A stretch of 64,000 nucleotides of DNA, from NCBI GenBank assembly GCA_964442455.1, contig CAYTZB010000004.1, positions 7,425 through 71,424 on the forward strand, read 5' to 3'. Below are positions 1 to 9,104 of this stretch, piece after piece. The notes beneath the pieces were generated by a model, which was given only the letters and a program-made list of their open reading frames with translations, had not been told where the DNA came from and ran no database searches. Every line of letters begins with the position of its first letter. Positions within the stretch are counted from its first letter, which is position 1. Source of the stretch: an uncultured Gammaproteobacteria bacterium. Lineage in GTDB: Bacteria; Patescibacteriota; Microgenomatia; UBA8517; JACQJR01. The translations under genes were made by a program, and so were the position numbers.

Positions 1-419
1 CCTTCCAAAGTCCCTCGAGCTTTAATCCCTGTCAATCGCTCAATCAGAAGTCCAATATTTTTCTCTGCATCATTTGTGAGTGGCCTTGGCCTTTCAGGAA
101 GAAAACTATCCAACTGATTTTTTAAATAATCTTCCGGATTTTCCGGTAATATCATTCCCGCACTCAAAAGCCGTTCAAAGACAGGCGGAGGAAGGGCAGG
201 TGCCTGTGCGAGTATCTTGTCTGCTGGAGAAGTGAGCGCAAGAGTTCCTGCAAGCGCACCGGCGGCAAGTGCTTTGGCTGAATGGTCACGAATCTTGGAT
301 AACGGAAGCGCTTTTTTGGTAAAGAATTCTAGCGCGTGAGGGTGTTTCTGCGCTAGTTTCTTTTGTTCTTCTAAATGACGAAGTTTTAGTCGTTCACGAA
401 TTGTAGGTTGGGCAGACAT
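1..419 (-). CDS. hypothetical protein, 3'-truncated by the window edge (N-terminus MSAQPTIRERLKLRHLEEQKK...)
   Basis: The minus-strand reading frame is open from the ATG at 417-419 to position 1 with no stop. It lies co-directionally downstream of gltX. It is absent from the ORF track, presumably because it has no stop in the window. Confidence 0.4.
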   Translation of the reverse strand, partial: MSAQPTIRERLKLRHLEEQKKLAQKHPHALEFFTKKALPLSKIRDHSAKALAAGALAGTLALTSPADKILAQAPALPPPVFERLLSAGMILPENPEDYLKNQLDSFLPERPRPLTNDAEKNIGLLIERLTGIKARGTLE

Positions 420-485
420 AAAATTAGTGCCGCCAGAGGCGAGCCTCGTCTTTGACGGGATTAGTGAATAGTAAACAGTGACTAG

Positions 486-1760
486 TCATGAAATTAATTC
501 TATCGCATTTTTAATGCGAGATACTGTTTTTTCTTTACCAAGTATAACAATTGAGGGAACAATGGGCGGAGTAATTTTACTTCCCGTTATCGCAACTCTT
601 AAACTCATAAAAAAGTCACTTATTTTAAATTTATTCTGCTCTATTGCTGAAAGAAACGCGCTTTGAAGATTCTCATCCCATCTATCCACAACATCTAAAG
701 CCACTTCTAAATGCTTTTTTGCATCACCACTAAAAAGTTTCTTATCAAGTTTTGGTTCTTCAAAGAAAAAACCTGCAAAATCCTCATATTCTTTAAGGGT
801 TTTAATCCTCTCTTTAACAAGCGGTATTGTCTTTTCAATTAAATCCGCTGGATATTTCCTGTCCAGGTATTCCCAGATTTTCGCTTTTAGCTCTTCGTTT
901 TTCGCTTCCCTAATGTATTCACCATTAATCCATGCTAACTTTGTCATATCAAAAATTGGTCCAGCTTTTCTTACTCGAGAAAGGTCAAAAACTTTGACAA
1001 ATTCCTCCAAGGAAAATATTTCTTTTTCCTCCGGATGTGACCAGCCCAAAAGACACAAGAAGTTTACCAATGCCTCAGGAAGATACCCCTCATCTCTGTA
1101 AAAACGTAGGTCAACTGGATCACGTCTCTTTGAGAGTTTTGCGCGTTGGGGATTGCGGAGTGCTGGGATGTGAGCAAATACCGGTGGCTCTTTACCAAAT
1201 GCCCCATAAAGCAAGAGTTGTCGAGGAGTATTTGAAATATGTTCTTCCGCCCGAATGACATGCGAGATTTCCATTGCAATGTCATCTACAACAACTGCAA
1301 AGTTATACGTTGGGTATCCATCAGATTTCAAAATTACAAAATCTTTCAATTGGGTAGAATCCGCGGGAAATGTAATTTCCCCTCGCACTGCATCGTTCCA
1401 TGACACCTCACGCGCGGGACTTTTAAAATACAAAGCTCCTTCTTTTTCATACACAACACCACCTTTTACAAGTTCTTGTGCTTTCTTTTTATAAAGAGAA
1501 AGACGCTCAGATTGTCTATATGGTTTATGGGGCCCACCCTTGTCCGGTCCCTCATCCCATGTAAAACCTAGCCATCGCAACCCCTCATACAAAGCTTCCT
1601 CCGCCCCCGCTACATGACGTTTTACATCAGTATCCTCAAGCCTAATAATAAATTTACCCTTAACGTGTCGAGCGAAAGCAAAATTAAATAGAGAAGCATA
1701 TGCCGTTCCTACATGAGCAAAACCTGTGGGAGAGGGAGCAATACGTGTGCGAGTGGTCAT
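486..1760 (-). CDS. gltX: glutamyl-tRNA synthetase (class I)
   Basis: The HIGH-region motif PSPTGFAHVGTA and the KLSKR (KMSKS-type) motif are present. The 424-aa size and architecture are GluRS-like. Confidence 0.9.
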   Translation of the reverse strand: MTTRTRIAPSPTGFAHVGTAYASLFNFAFARHVKGKFIIRLEDTDVKRHVAGAEEALYEGLRWLGFTWDEGPDKGGPHKPYRQSERLSLYKKKAQELVKGGVVYEKEGALYFKSPAREVSWNDAVRGEITFPADSTQLKDFVILKSDGYPTYNFAVVVDDIAMEISHVIRAEEHISNTPRQLLLYGAFGKEPPVFAHIPALRNPQRAKLSKRRDPVDLRFYRDEGYLPEALVNFLCLLGWSHPEEKEIFSLEEFVKVFDLSRVRKAGPIFDMTKLAWINGEYIREAKNEELKAKIWEYLDRKYPADLIEKTIPLVKERIKTLKEYEDFAGFFFEEPKLDKKLFSGDAKKHLEVALDVVDRWDENLQSAFLSAIEQNKFKISDFFMSLRVAITGSKITPPIVPSIVILGKEKTVSRIKNAIELIS

Positions 1761-1762
1761 AA

Positions 1763-2845
1763 TTGAATTCTAACATCAAGAACAGCTATACTCAAAATAT
1801 GCGTACGCTCACCGAAACTGCATTTTATTCCAGAGCGGCCATAAAATACGCAGTTGCATTCCTTATATTTCTCGTGCTTGCGCGAGTAGTGTGGACTGTA
1901 GGATTCGCTGCCTTTCGCTATTTTTTCCCAAAACCCCCGCCACCTCCTACAGTTTCATTTGGAAAATTACCAGCACTTGTATTTCCTTCCCAGGAAAATT
2001 TACCAAAATTTTCTTATGCCCTAGAACTACCAGAAGGAGAACTACCAATCACCCCACCAAGCCTCCCTGTATTTACCATGCCTCTTCCTCGGTCATCAAT
2101 AGTAGCATTAGATGAAGCCAGACGAGTTGCCACTCGACTCGGATTCACCGTAGGAGAAGAAAGCATTTCACAAAGCATCTATCGCTGGAGACGTAAAGAT
2201 ATACCTGCCACCCTTGAGACGAACATCATCACCGGCGCCTTTTCTATAAACTATAACTTGATTGCCGATCCTACCCCTTTTAGCGGGCATCCTCCTGCTG
2301 CAGAGTTAGCCGCTGCTGCTATACGCTCATTTCTTTCCTCAGCCGACCTTTTGCCTGAAGATTTCACCAATGGGCAAATAAGCTCACAATTCCTCAAACT
2401 CGAAGGCGCAGCGTTGGTAACTGTTCCCTCACTCTCTGAGGCAAACTTTGTGCGAGTGGACTTCTTTCGTCAAGAGTATAATGAGCTCCCTGTTGTCACC
2501 CAGTCGGGAACATCGGGCAATGTATGGTTTTTGGTCTCAGGAATAACTACAAGAGAACGTCAAATAATCGCAGGAGAATACCACTATTTTCCGGTAGATA
2601 CAGAAAGTTCATCAACCTATCCAATAAAGACCGCGCAAACTGCGTGGGAAGAGTTCAACTCTGGTCAGGGAGCAATTATCTCAGCGGGTGCCAACAAAGA
2701 ACGCGTTATCATTCGTCGGGTGTACCTGGCATATTACGATAACAGCGAACCGCAAGAATTCTTTCAACCAGTTTTTGTGTTCGAGGGTGACAACGATTTT
2801 GCCGCCTACCTCCCTGCCATTACCTCAGATTATTATGGGGAATAG
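1763..2845 (+). CDS. hypothetical single-pass membrane protein with a PPPPP linker; the start is more likely the ATG at 1798 (MRTLTE...)
   Basis: It is a long ORF with an N-terminal TM helix followed by a KPPPPPT linker and no recognisable catalytic motifs. The TTG at 1763 lies only 2 nt from the divergent gltX start. Confidence 0.55.
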   Translation: MNSNIKNSYTQNMRTLTETAFYSRAAIKYAVAFLIFLVLARVVWTVGFAAFRYFFPKPPPPPTVSFGKLPALVFPSQENLPKFSYALELPEGELPITPPSLPVFTMPLPRSSIVALDEARRVATRLGFTVGEESISQSIYRWRRKDIPATLETNIITGAFSINYNLIADPTPFSGHPPAAELAAAAIRSFLSSADLLPEDFTNGQISSQFLKLEGAALVTVPSLSEANFVRVDFFRQEYNELPVVTQSGTSGNVWFLVSGITTRERQIIAGEYHYFPVDTESSSTYPIKTAQTAWEEFNSGQGAIISAGANKERVIIRRVYLAYYDNSEPQEFFQPVFVFEGDNDFAAYLPAITSDYYGE

Positions 2846-3801
2846 TGCGTCAAAGAGATATCCCAAGTGTGTGTGCCGTACGCCCACTCAATAAGTTTTC
2901 GGGTATCGCCAAATCTATCAGCAGAACCAAGCACAACGGTAATAAGCGGATTACCGCCCCGTTCAATAAACGTCACCAACGCTCCACCCGATTCTTCACT
3001 CCATCCCGTTTTTATTCCAATTACCCCCGGGACTGTTCTTAAAAGTTCATTAAGATTGGTTAATTTATGCACAATTTCCCCATCTATACTCTGGACTGTA
3101 ATTTCTTGTGTTTTGACAATTGTTGCAAATTCTGGATTCTTCATTGCGAAAGCGGCAAATTTTGCTAAATCGTGTGTAGTTGAAAGGTGGCCTTGTTCGG
3201 GAAGTCCTGTCGGATTAGTAAAGTGTGTATTTTTCATGCTTAATTCTTGAGTTATTTGATTCATCTTTTTAATAAATACCTCTCTTCCCCCAGGAAATGC
3301 GCTGGCTACCACTTCTGCTGCATCGTTTGCAGACCACACCAAAACTCCATAAAGAAGATCTCGGGCAGTAATGTGCTCTCCCGGCACTAACTTCATGAGT
3401 TGCGGCTCAACAGTAAAGGAAGGAACTTCAACTACCTGAAGAAGGGGCACATTTTCAAGCACCAACATGGCAGTCACCATTTTAGTTGTCGAGACAGGAG
3501 GAAGTGGTACGTCGGCGTTTTTCTCAAACAACACAACTGAAGAGCGGGGGTCAAAAACGAATACTGAGCGAGCAGTAAGAAATGAAGGTTGGGTGGGACT
3601 CATCTTTTGAGGAAGTGGACTCAATGTAACGAACGGCACGTCGTTACGAGGAAAAGGAGGGGGTTGTGAAACAAAAAGAGTACTGGCAATAATTAAAAGC
3701 GTAAAAAAAGTCAGTGGGAAAAATGGAATTTGTCTCCAAAAATTTTCGGGCAAAATTACATAATTTGTTTTAAAAAATTTTCTTTTAACCTTTTTTCCCA
3801 T
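2833..3801 (-). CDS. D-alanyl-D-alanine carboxypeptidase (serine-type, PBP5/6-like, peptidase S11)
   Basis: The three serine-protease motifs are present: SxxK (STTK), SxN (SAND) and KTG (KTGW). There is an N-terminal TM anchor. Confidence 0.8.
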   Translation of the reverse strand: MGKKVKRKFFKTNYVILPENFWRQIPFFPLTFFTLLIIASTLFVSQPPPFPRNDVPFVTLSPLPQKMSPTQPSFLTARSVFVFDPRSSVVLFEKNADVPLPPVSTTKMVTAMLVLENVPLLQVVEVPSFTVEPQLMKLVPGEHITARDLLYGVLVWSANDAAEVVASAFPGGREVFIKKMNQITQELSMKNTHFTNPTGLPEQGHLSTTHDLAKFAAFAMKNPEFATIVKTQEITVQSIDGEIVHKLTNLNELLRTVPGVIGIKTGWSEESGGALVTFIERGGNPLITVVLGSADRFGDTRKLIEWAYGTHTWDISLTHYSP

Positions 3802-5182
3802 TTTTACTCTTTACCTTCACCTTTTGAGATGACAATCGAATATCTACTCGCTCCATGTCGCGAGGGAAAAGGCTAGCTTGCCTAATGTTAGCAAGACCCA
3901 AAATTTTCATCGTCACCCGTTCTGCTCCCATTGCAAATCCACCCTCAGGCGGCATCCCAAAACGAAATGCTTGAAGATAAAGCTCAAAATCGCGAGCGTC
4001 ATTTCCCCATCTCTTAATATTCTCAATTAACTCCTTGTAGTCGTTAATCCGCTGTCCACCGGTCACCCACTCAAGACCACGACCCAATAAATCAAAACTC
4101 AATGTAAGTTCTTTATCGTGTGGATCAGGATAAGTATAAAAGGGTCTTTTCTTAACCGGATAATGAGTTATAAAAACAAAATCAGAACCTTTCTCTTCTT
4201 TTGCCCAGCGACAAATTTCTTCTTCATCTATTGGCGATAGATCTGGTTCACTTCTATTATCTCTGCCTGTTCGTTTATAAATAATATCGTGTGCTTCTTT
4301 TAGTTTAATCCGTGGGAAGTTTGGTGGTGCAGTAGGAACAGTTGTGTTATACATCTTGAGTTGCTCACTACAACGCGTATCAACTGCATTTATAATTTCG
4401 TGAACTACATGCTCGACGGTATCCATTATCTCTTCCCAACTTTTAATAAATGACATTTCAGCATCAAGACTTATATATTCAGTTAAATGTCGCGTGGTTA
4501 CACTTGGTTCAGCACGGAAAGCATGAGTTACTGTAAAAACTCGCTCATAAACCCCAAGCATTATTTGTTTATAAAGCTGCGGACTTTGACCAAGGTATGC
4601 GGTATGACTAAAATATTTTACAGGAAAAACTTCTGCTCCACCCTCGGCTGTCGCTGGAACAATAATTGGTGCCTGAAACTCAGTGAAACCCAAATCTTTT
4701 AAGGTTTTACGGAAGGTATCAACAACAACTTCTTGAACCTCAAAGATAGATGCAATTTTTGGATGACGAAGAGTTAATGCACGCCAATCAAGAAGAGTGG
4801 GGAGTTCTAAATTTAAATCCGGACCGCCCATATCAAAAGGGAGTGTCTCTGCTTTTGAAATAACCTCAACCTCTTGCGCTTCTATTTCAACCTCACCAGT
4901 TGGAAGTTCTTTATTTTCTGTCCCTTTTGGCCGCGCTTTCACTTCGCCCATAATAGACACAACATCCTGTGAATGAAGCTCTCCCTTAATCTCTTTGACC
5001 ACTACTTGAAGAATTCCAGATCTGTCCCATAAATCAAAAAACAAGACGCCTCCATGATCCCGTAATCTGTCAATCCAGCCCATAACGTGCACTTTCTGAC
5101 CAATCTTATTTACCGTTTCTTTGGTGAGTGTTCTTTCCATTATCTTGATGTTACTCGCAATTCCCCCTCTTGACAAGCACAA
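3785..5182 (-). CDS. aspS: class IIb aminoacyl-tRNA synthetase, archaeal/eukaryal-type aspartyl-tRNA synthetase (asparaginyl not excluded)
   Basis: It has an N-terminal OB anticodon-binding domain. QSPQLYKQ, the RPFY motif and class II motif 3 (GGFAMGAERV) are present. Length is 465 aa. Confidence 0.75.
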   Translation of the reverse strand: MCLSRGGIASNIKIMERTLTKETVNKIGQKVHVMGWIDRLRDHGGVLFFDLWDRSGILQVVVKEIKGELHSQDVVSIMGEVKARPKGTENKELPTGEVEIEAQEVEVISKAETLPFDMGGPDLNLELPTLLDWRALTLRHPKIASIFEVQEVVVDTFRKTLKDLGFTEFQAPIIVPATAEGGAEVFPVKYFSHTAYLGQSPQLYKQIMLGVYERVFTVTHAFRAEPSVTTRHLTEYISLDAEMSFIKSWEEIMDTVEHVVHEIINAVDTRCSEQLKMYNTTVPTAPPNFPRIKLKEAHDIIYKRTGRDNRSEPDLSPIDEEEICRWAKEEKGSDFVFITHYPVKKRPFYTYPDPHDKELTLSFDLLGRGLEWVTGGQRINDYKELIENIKRWGNDARDFELYLQAFRFGMPPEGGFAMGAERVTMKILGLANIRQASLFPRDMERVDIRLSSQKVKVKSKNGKKG

Positions 5183-5238
5183 AATTAATGTAGGAGAATG
5201 TAAGTGAATTCCCCTTTGAGGGAATTTTTGTTGGCAAT

Positions 5239-5499
5239 ATGGGAGGAAAAGAAATTAAAGAACGCAATCAAGGAGTAACTCTGCCTCGGCTAACTGATGG
5301 ATGTAAGTACTCCAAAGGTGCTATTCAACTCGTAGAAGAAGCAATAGAAAGAGGAATTGATCCAACCCATGAAGTTGCACAAGCTCTAACTGAGGTAAGT
5401 ATTAATGGCAAAAAGACAATTACACGAAGACATCTTGGCGGATTATTAGAAGAAGTTACCAGAAGAATGCACTCGCTGCCGTTTATCAATCGAATTTAA
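5239..5499 (+). CDS. small hypothetical protein (86 aa), doubtful
   Basis: This is an ORF only, lying between two minus-strand genes and overlapping the recJ 3' end. No motif was recognised. Confidence 0.2.
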   Translation: MGGKEIKERNQGVTLPRLTDGCKYSKGAIQLVEEAIERGIDPTHEVAQALTEVSINGKKTITRRHLGGLLEEVTRRMHSLPFINRI

Positions 5500-7336
5500 T
5501 ATCCTTCAATTTCAACTGGACTTTTTTGTTTCCATTCCCACCTTCGCCAAGGCTGCTTCCTTCGCCGACCTGCGCTTCGCCGAAGGCTCCGGCGAGGCGA
5601 GAGTGGCTACGGAGGCCGAGTCGGCGGGCAGGCCACTCATCAATTTCAATCGTATACGCAATATCAACTGGTTTGTCTGGTGAAAGTTGTGAATAAAGCT
5701 CGCCCATTCCAAAACCGATAGCATTAAAAGTGATTAGTGATTGACCTCCGGCTCTGGAGAGCCTCCCACCGGGGCTTGAGCCCCTCTGGAGCGGAGCCTG
5801 GCTCGGAGAGTTATTAGTGATTAGTAATTTCAAGTGTTGGTTCTCTCTGCCCACAAGCCGTGCATCTTTAAACAAAACTCCTCGTGTTACAAACACCGGT
5901 CCAGGATTACCAACGCCAAAAGGGACAAACTTTGCAACTTCTTGTGCAAGTGCAAGGTTAACAACAGAGAGTGGAATTTCACACTCAATGCGAATTTTAG
6001 GCGTCAAGTGCTCATCGGTTAAATTTCCATCCGCATGATCTTTAAAAGCTTGTGAAAGTAATTCCAAATGTTGGGTCTTGACCGTAAATCCGGCAGCCAT
6101 AGCATGTCCCCCACCCTCAACCAAAAATTCACGAGCACGATCAAGAAGTTCAACAATATTAAATCCAGAAACCGAACGTGCCGAACCCCGAGAAAATTCC
6201 TCTCCTTTTGAGACAACAATTGCAGGTCTTCCAAATTCCTCAACAAGCCGAGAGGCAACGAGTCCCACAATCCCCTCATGATAACTCTCATGTGCGACAA
6301 AAATCAGCCCTGCCTGCGCAGGCAGGCCGCCATCGCTTTTTAACACCTGTTCTCTTGCATGAAACACACTATCCACCACCATTTGTTGGCGTGTTCTATT
6401 TGTTTCATTTAATTGAAATACCAACTCTCGTGCTTTGGTAGTACTTTTTGTACAAAGAAGCCGCAACGAACTAAGTGCATGCTCCAGTCGTCCTGCGGCA
6501 TTCAGTCGCGGTGCAAGCAGAAATCCAACTTCATATGTTCCAATCTCTTTTTGGTTTATCCCAGCAACTTGGCACAAAGCGACAATCCCCGCTCTGGTTG
6601 TTTTTTGCAAGACAGTCAATCCATGAAATACCAAAGAGCGGGCAGGACCAATGAGTGGTACCATATCGGCAACCGTTGCCAATGCCACAAGCCCCAACCA
6701 ATCATCCCAACGATCAATTTTCAATTTTAAATTTTCAATTTTCAATTCCCGCGCAAGTACGTATGCCACCCCAGCTCCGGAAATCGCGGTCGTATGTAAA
6801 ATTGCAAACGCTTTCGGTTTTGTTTTTCGTGGCAGGTGATGATCGGTAATAATGACATCAAGTCCCAGCTCCTTTGCAGTATCGACTTTCTCGTGCGCAA
6901 CAATACCGTTATCAACTGTAATAATAAGTCCAACACTCGAATCCTCTTTTTTTAACTGCTTCATCCGAGGAATATTCAAGCCATATCCTTCAGTTCTTCG
7001 CTCTGGAATAAAAGGCAAGGCATTAACACCGCTATAATAAAGTGCTTCCCATAAAATCGCTGCCCCGCAAATCCCATCCGCATCGTAATCTCCCCACACT
7101 ATTACTTTCTCACCAGTCTTTTTTGCTTTTTCTATTCTTTTAATTGCTTTTCTTAATTCTTTGGAGTCAATCCCAAAATCGCGAGCGGTCAGTTTGTCTG
7201 GATGTGTCGGGGCAAAAAATTCTTTCTCTTGGGCTTTGGTTTTAATCCCACGATTCTCAAGAAGAATTTTTATTATGCCCGTGGTACTTTTGCTACCTGT
7301 GGTACTCTTTTTACTTACTATTTCCCATTTTTTCAT
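5486..7336 (-). CDS. recJ: single-stranded-DNA-specific exonuclease RecJ (DHH family) with two in-frame GC-rich insertions near the C-terminus
   Basis: The DHH motif (VIITDHH) is present together with DHHA1-like and C-terminal OB regions. Length is 616 aa. Confidence 0.85.
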   Translation of the reverse strand: MKKWEIVSKKSTTGSKSTTGIIKILLENRGIKTKAQEKEFFAPTHPDKLTARDFGIDSKELRKAIKRIEKAKKTGEKVIVWGDYDADGICGAAILWEALYYSGVNALPFIPERRTEGYGLNIPRMKQLKKEDSSVGLIITVDNGIVAHEKVDTAKELGLDVIITDHHLPRKTKPKAFAILHTTAISGAGVAYVLARELKIENLKLKIDRWDDWLGLVALATVADMVPLIGPARSLVFHGLTVLQKTTRAGIVALCQVAGINQKEIGTYEVGFLLAPRLNAAGRLEHALSSLRLLCTKSTTKARELVFQLNETNRTRQQMVVDSVFHAREQVLKSDGGLPAQAGLIFVAHESYHEGIVGLVASRLVEEFGRPAIVVSKGEEFSRGSARSVSGFNIVELLDRAREFLVEGGGHAMAAGFTVKTQHLELLSQAFKDHADGNLTDEHLTPKIRIECEIPLSVVNLALAQEVAKFVPFGVGNPGPVFVTRGVLFKDARLVGRENQHLKLLITNNSPSQAPLQRGSSPGGRLSRAGGQSLITFNAIGFGMGELYSQLSPDKPVDIAYTIEIDEWPARRLGLRSHSRLAGAFGEAQVGEGSSLGEGGNGNKKVQLKLKDIKFD

Positions 7337-7371
7337 TCTTGCACCTCTTGTACGATATACTATAGTAGCAT

Positions 7372-8742
7372 ATGAAATTTACCATACCATCGTTTGTTCA
7401 GGAACTGGTTGAACGATTTCAAAAGAAAGGTTTTGAGATTTATATCGTTGGAGGGGCAGTGAGGGATTTGTTAATGGAAAGAGACGTGACGGATTGGGAC
7501 TTCACCACTAATGCCACTCCTGAACAAATTCTTGAACTCTTTGCAGGGGCATTTTATGACAATAAGTTTGGGACTGTTGGTATTCCGGTAGAAAAAACTC
7601 AAATTTTAGAGGTCACCACTTTTAGAAGAGAGGAAACATATTCTGACAGACGCCATCCGGATAAAGTGGTTTGGGGAGAAAGTTTGGAAGAAGATCTAGC
7701 ACGACGTGATTTCACGATTAATGCTATGGCATTTAAGATTGCTCATGGACTACAGACTACGGTAGACATCCAAATCATTGATCCGTTTCATGGTCAAGAA
7801 GATTTAAAGAATAAGCTCATTCGTGCAGTTGGTAATCCACAAGAACGATTCAGAGAGGATGCACTCCGGATGATGCGAGCAGTTCGGATTGCATCAGAAC
7901 TGGGATTTGTGATTGAAGAGAAAACTTTTGAAGCGATAAAAATGAATGTTCCCCTTATCCGCAAGATTTCAGCGGAACGCATACGAGATGAACTATTTAA
8001 ATTGCTTGCAAGCCCTTATCAGTACGAGGGAATTGTCATGTTGCGAAATGCAGGACTTCTTGTCGAAATTCTCCCAGAAGTTGAGGAGGCATTTGATATA
8101 CCACAAAAAAGTCCAAAACGCCATCATGTTGTTGATGTAGGGACACACCTTTTGTATTCCTTAAGGTATTGTCCTTCAAAAGACTCACTCGTCCGACTTG
8201 CAGCTCTCCTTCACGATATTGGCAAACCTCAAACGTTTAAAAAAGATGAAAAAACAGGAGTCATCACTTTTTATAACCATGAAGTTGTTGGGGGCAGAAT
8301 TGCGAATCAAGTTGCTAACCGGCTGCGGCTCTCAAAGAAAGAAATTGATAAATTATTCAGGCTCGTGCGTTGGCATCTCTTTACGGTTGACGAGCGACAA
8401 ACGGATTCAGCCCTTCGGCGGTTCATAAGAAATGTAGGAGTCGAAAATTTGGAAGATATTTTAGCAGTGAGGACTGGGGATCGTCTCGGCGGTGGTGCAA
8501 CCGAAACCTCCTGGCGACTTGAACTATTTAAAAAAAGACTTCTTGAAGTCCAAAAACAACCATTCTCTGTTCAAGATTTAAAAATTAACGGCAACGATGT
8601 CATGAAAGAATTGGGTATTACATCCGGACCAAAAGTAGGGCAGGTCTTAAACGCACTTTTTGCCGAAGTTGAAGAAGGAAAACTAAAAAACAATCGCGAA
8701 GATTTACTTAAGAGAATGGAAGAGATTGGTAAAGAGTTTTAG
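7372..8742 (+). CDS. cca: CCA-adding tRNA nucleotidyltransferase / polyA polymerase family with HD domain
   Basis: The GGAVRD nucleotidyltransferase motif, the HD motif (LHDIGKP) and the C-terminal tRNA-binding region are present. Confidence 0.8.
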   Translation: MKFTIPSFVQELVERFQKKGFEIYIVGGAVRDLLMERDVTDWDFTTNATPEQILELFAGAFYDNKFGTVGIPVEKTQILEVTTFRREETYSDRRHPDKVVWGESLEEDLARRDFTINAMAFKIAHGLQTTVDIQIIDPFHGQEDLKNKLIRAVGNPQERFREDALRMMRAVRIASELGFVIEEKTFEAIKMNVPLIRKISAERIRDELFKLLASPYQYEGIVMLRNAGLLVEILPEVEEAFDIPQKSPKRHHVVDVGTHLLYSLRYCPSKDSLVRLAALLHDIGKPQTFKKDEKTGVITFYNHEVVGGRIANQVANRLRLSKKEIDKLFRLVRWHLFTVDERQTDSALRRFIRNVGVENLEDILAVRTGDRLGGGATETSWRLELFKKRLLEVQKQPFSVQDLKINGNDVMKELGITSGPKVGQVLNALFAEVEEGKLKNNREDLLKRMEEIGKEF

Positions 8743-8747
8743 CTACA

Positions 8748-8775
8748 TTGACAATAAATATCTCTATATTATAAT
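8748..8775 (+). promoter_or_regulatory. sigma70-like promoter: TTGACA (8748-8753), 16-nt spacer, TATAAT (8770-8775)
   Basis: Both hexamers are exact matches. The element sits directly downstream of the cca stop and in front of the GTG of a small ORF. Confidence 0.4.
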
Positions 8776-8781
8776 AAGCCT

Positions 8782-9015
8782 GTGGAAGAGATAGAAAAAG
8801 AAAAAACTCCTATTTTGATAGAAGGTAAGTGCCGTAATTGTGGAGCCCCACGATTTGCCGCAGGATCTGATTTAGATAGTTTAACAAGTACATTGCAACG
8901 CCTTGATGCTTATGTATGCGAAGTGGGAGATCATTACTTCCAACCTGGCACAACGTTGTATGATGCTTATGAATGGGATTTTTCTACTAACAAAGTCCTT
9001 CAATCACCCCTATAA
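8782..9015 (+). CDS. small hypothetical protein (77 aa, GTG start, CxxC pair), or an untranslated small RNA
   Basis: It is an ORF with CRNCG and C...C motifs. A perfect promoter lies upstream and palindromes at 9053-9070 and 9076-9097 lie downstream. Confidence 0.3.
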   Translation: MEEIEKEKTPILIEGKCRNCGAPRFAAGSDLDSLTSTLQRLDAYVCEVGDHYFQPGTTLYDAYEWDFSTNKVLQSPL

Positions 9016-9104
9016 CTATAAATAAAAAGATACTCTTTGTAATGTAGACTTTAAATCAAAATTGATTTTGATTATCATATATTAATATATGATATAGAGT
9101 GGAA

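Noticed and set aside
5170-5199. TTGACA at 5170 taken as a promoter for the 86-aa plus-strand ORF at 5239.
   Set aside because: It lies inside the aspS N-terminal coding region. No acceptable -10 element sits at 16-19-nt spacing. The downstream ORF overlaps recJ and has no support.
5538-5640. An intein or self-splicing element in RecJ.
   Set aside because: The insert encodes only about 33 low-complexity residues. No intein blocks were seen (no C/S at the N-terminal junction, no HN-C/S/T at the C-terminal junction), and it is far too short for an intein or homing endonuclease.
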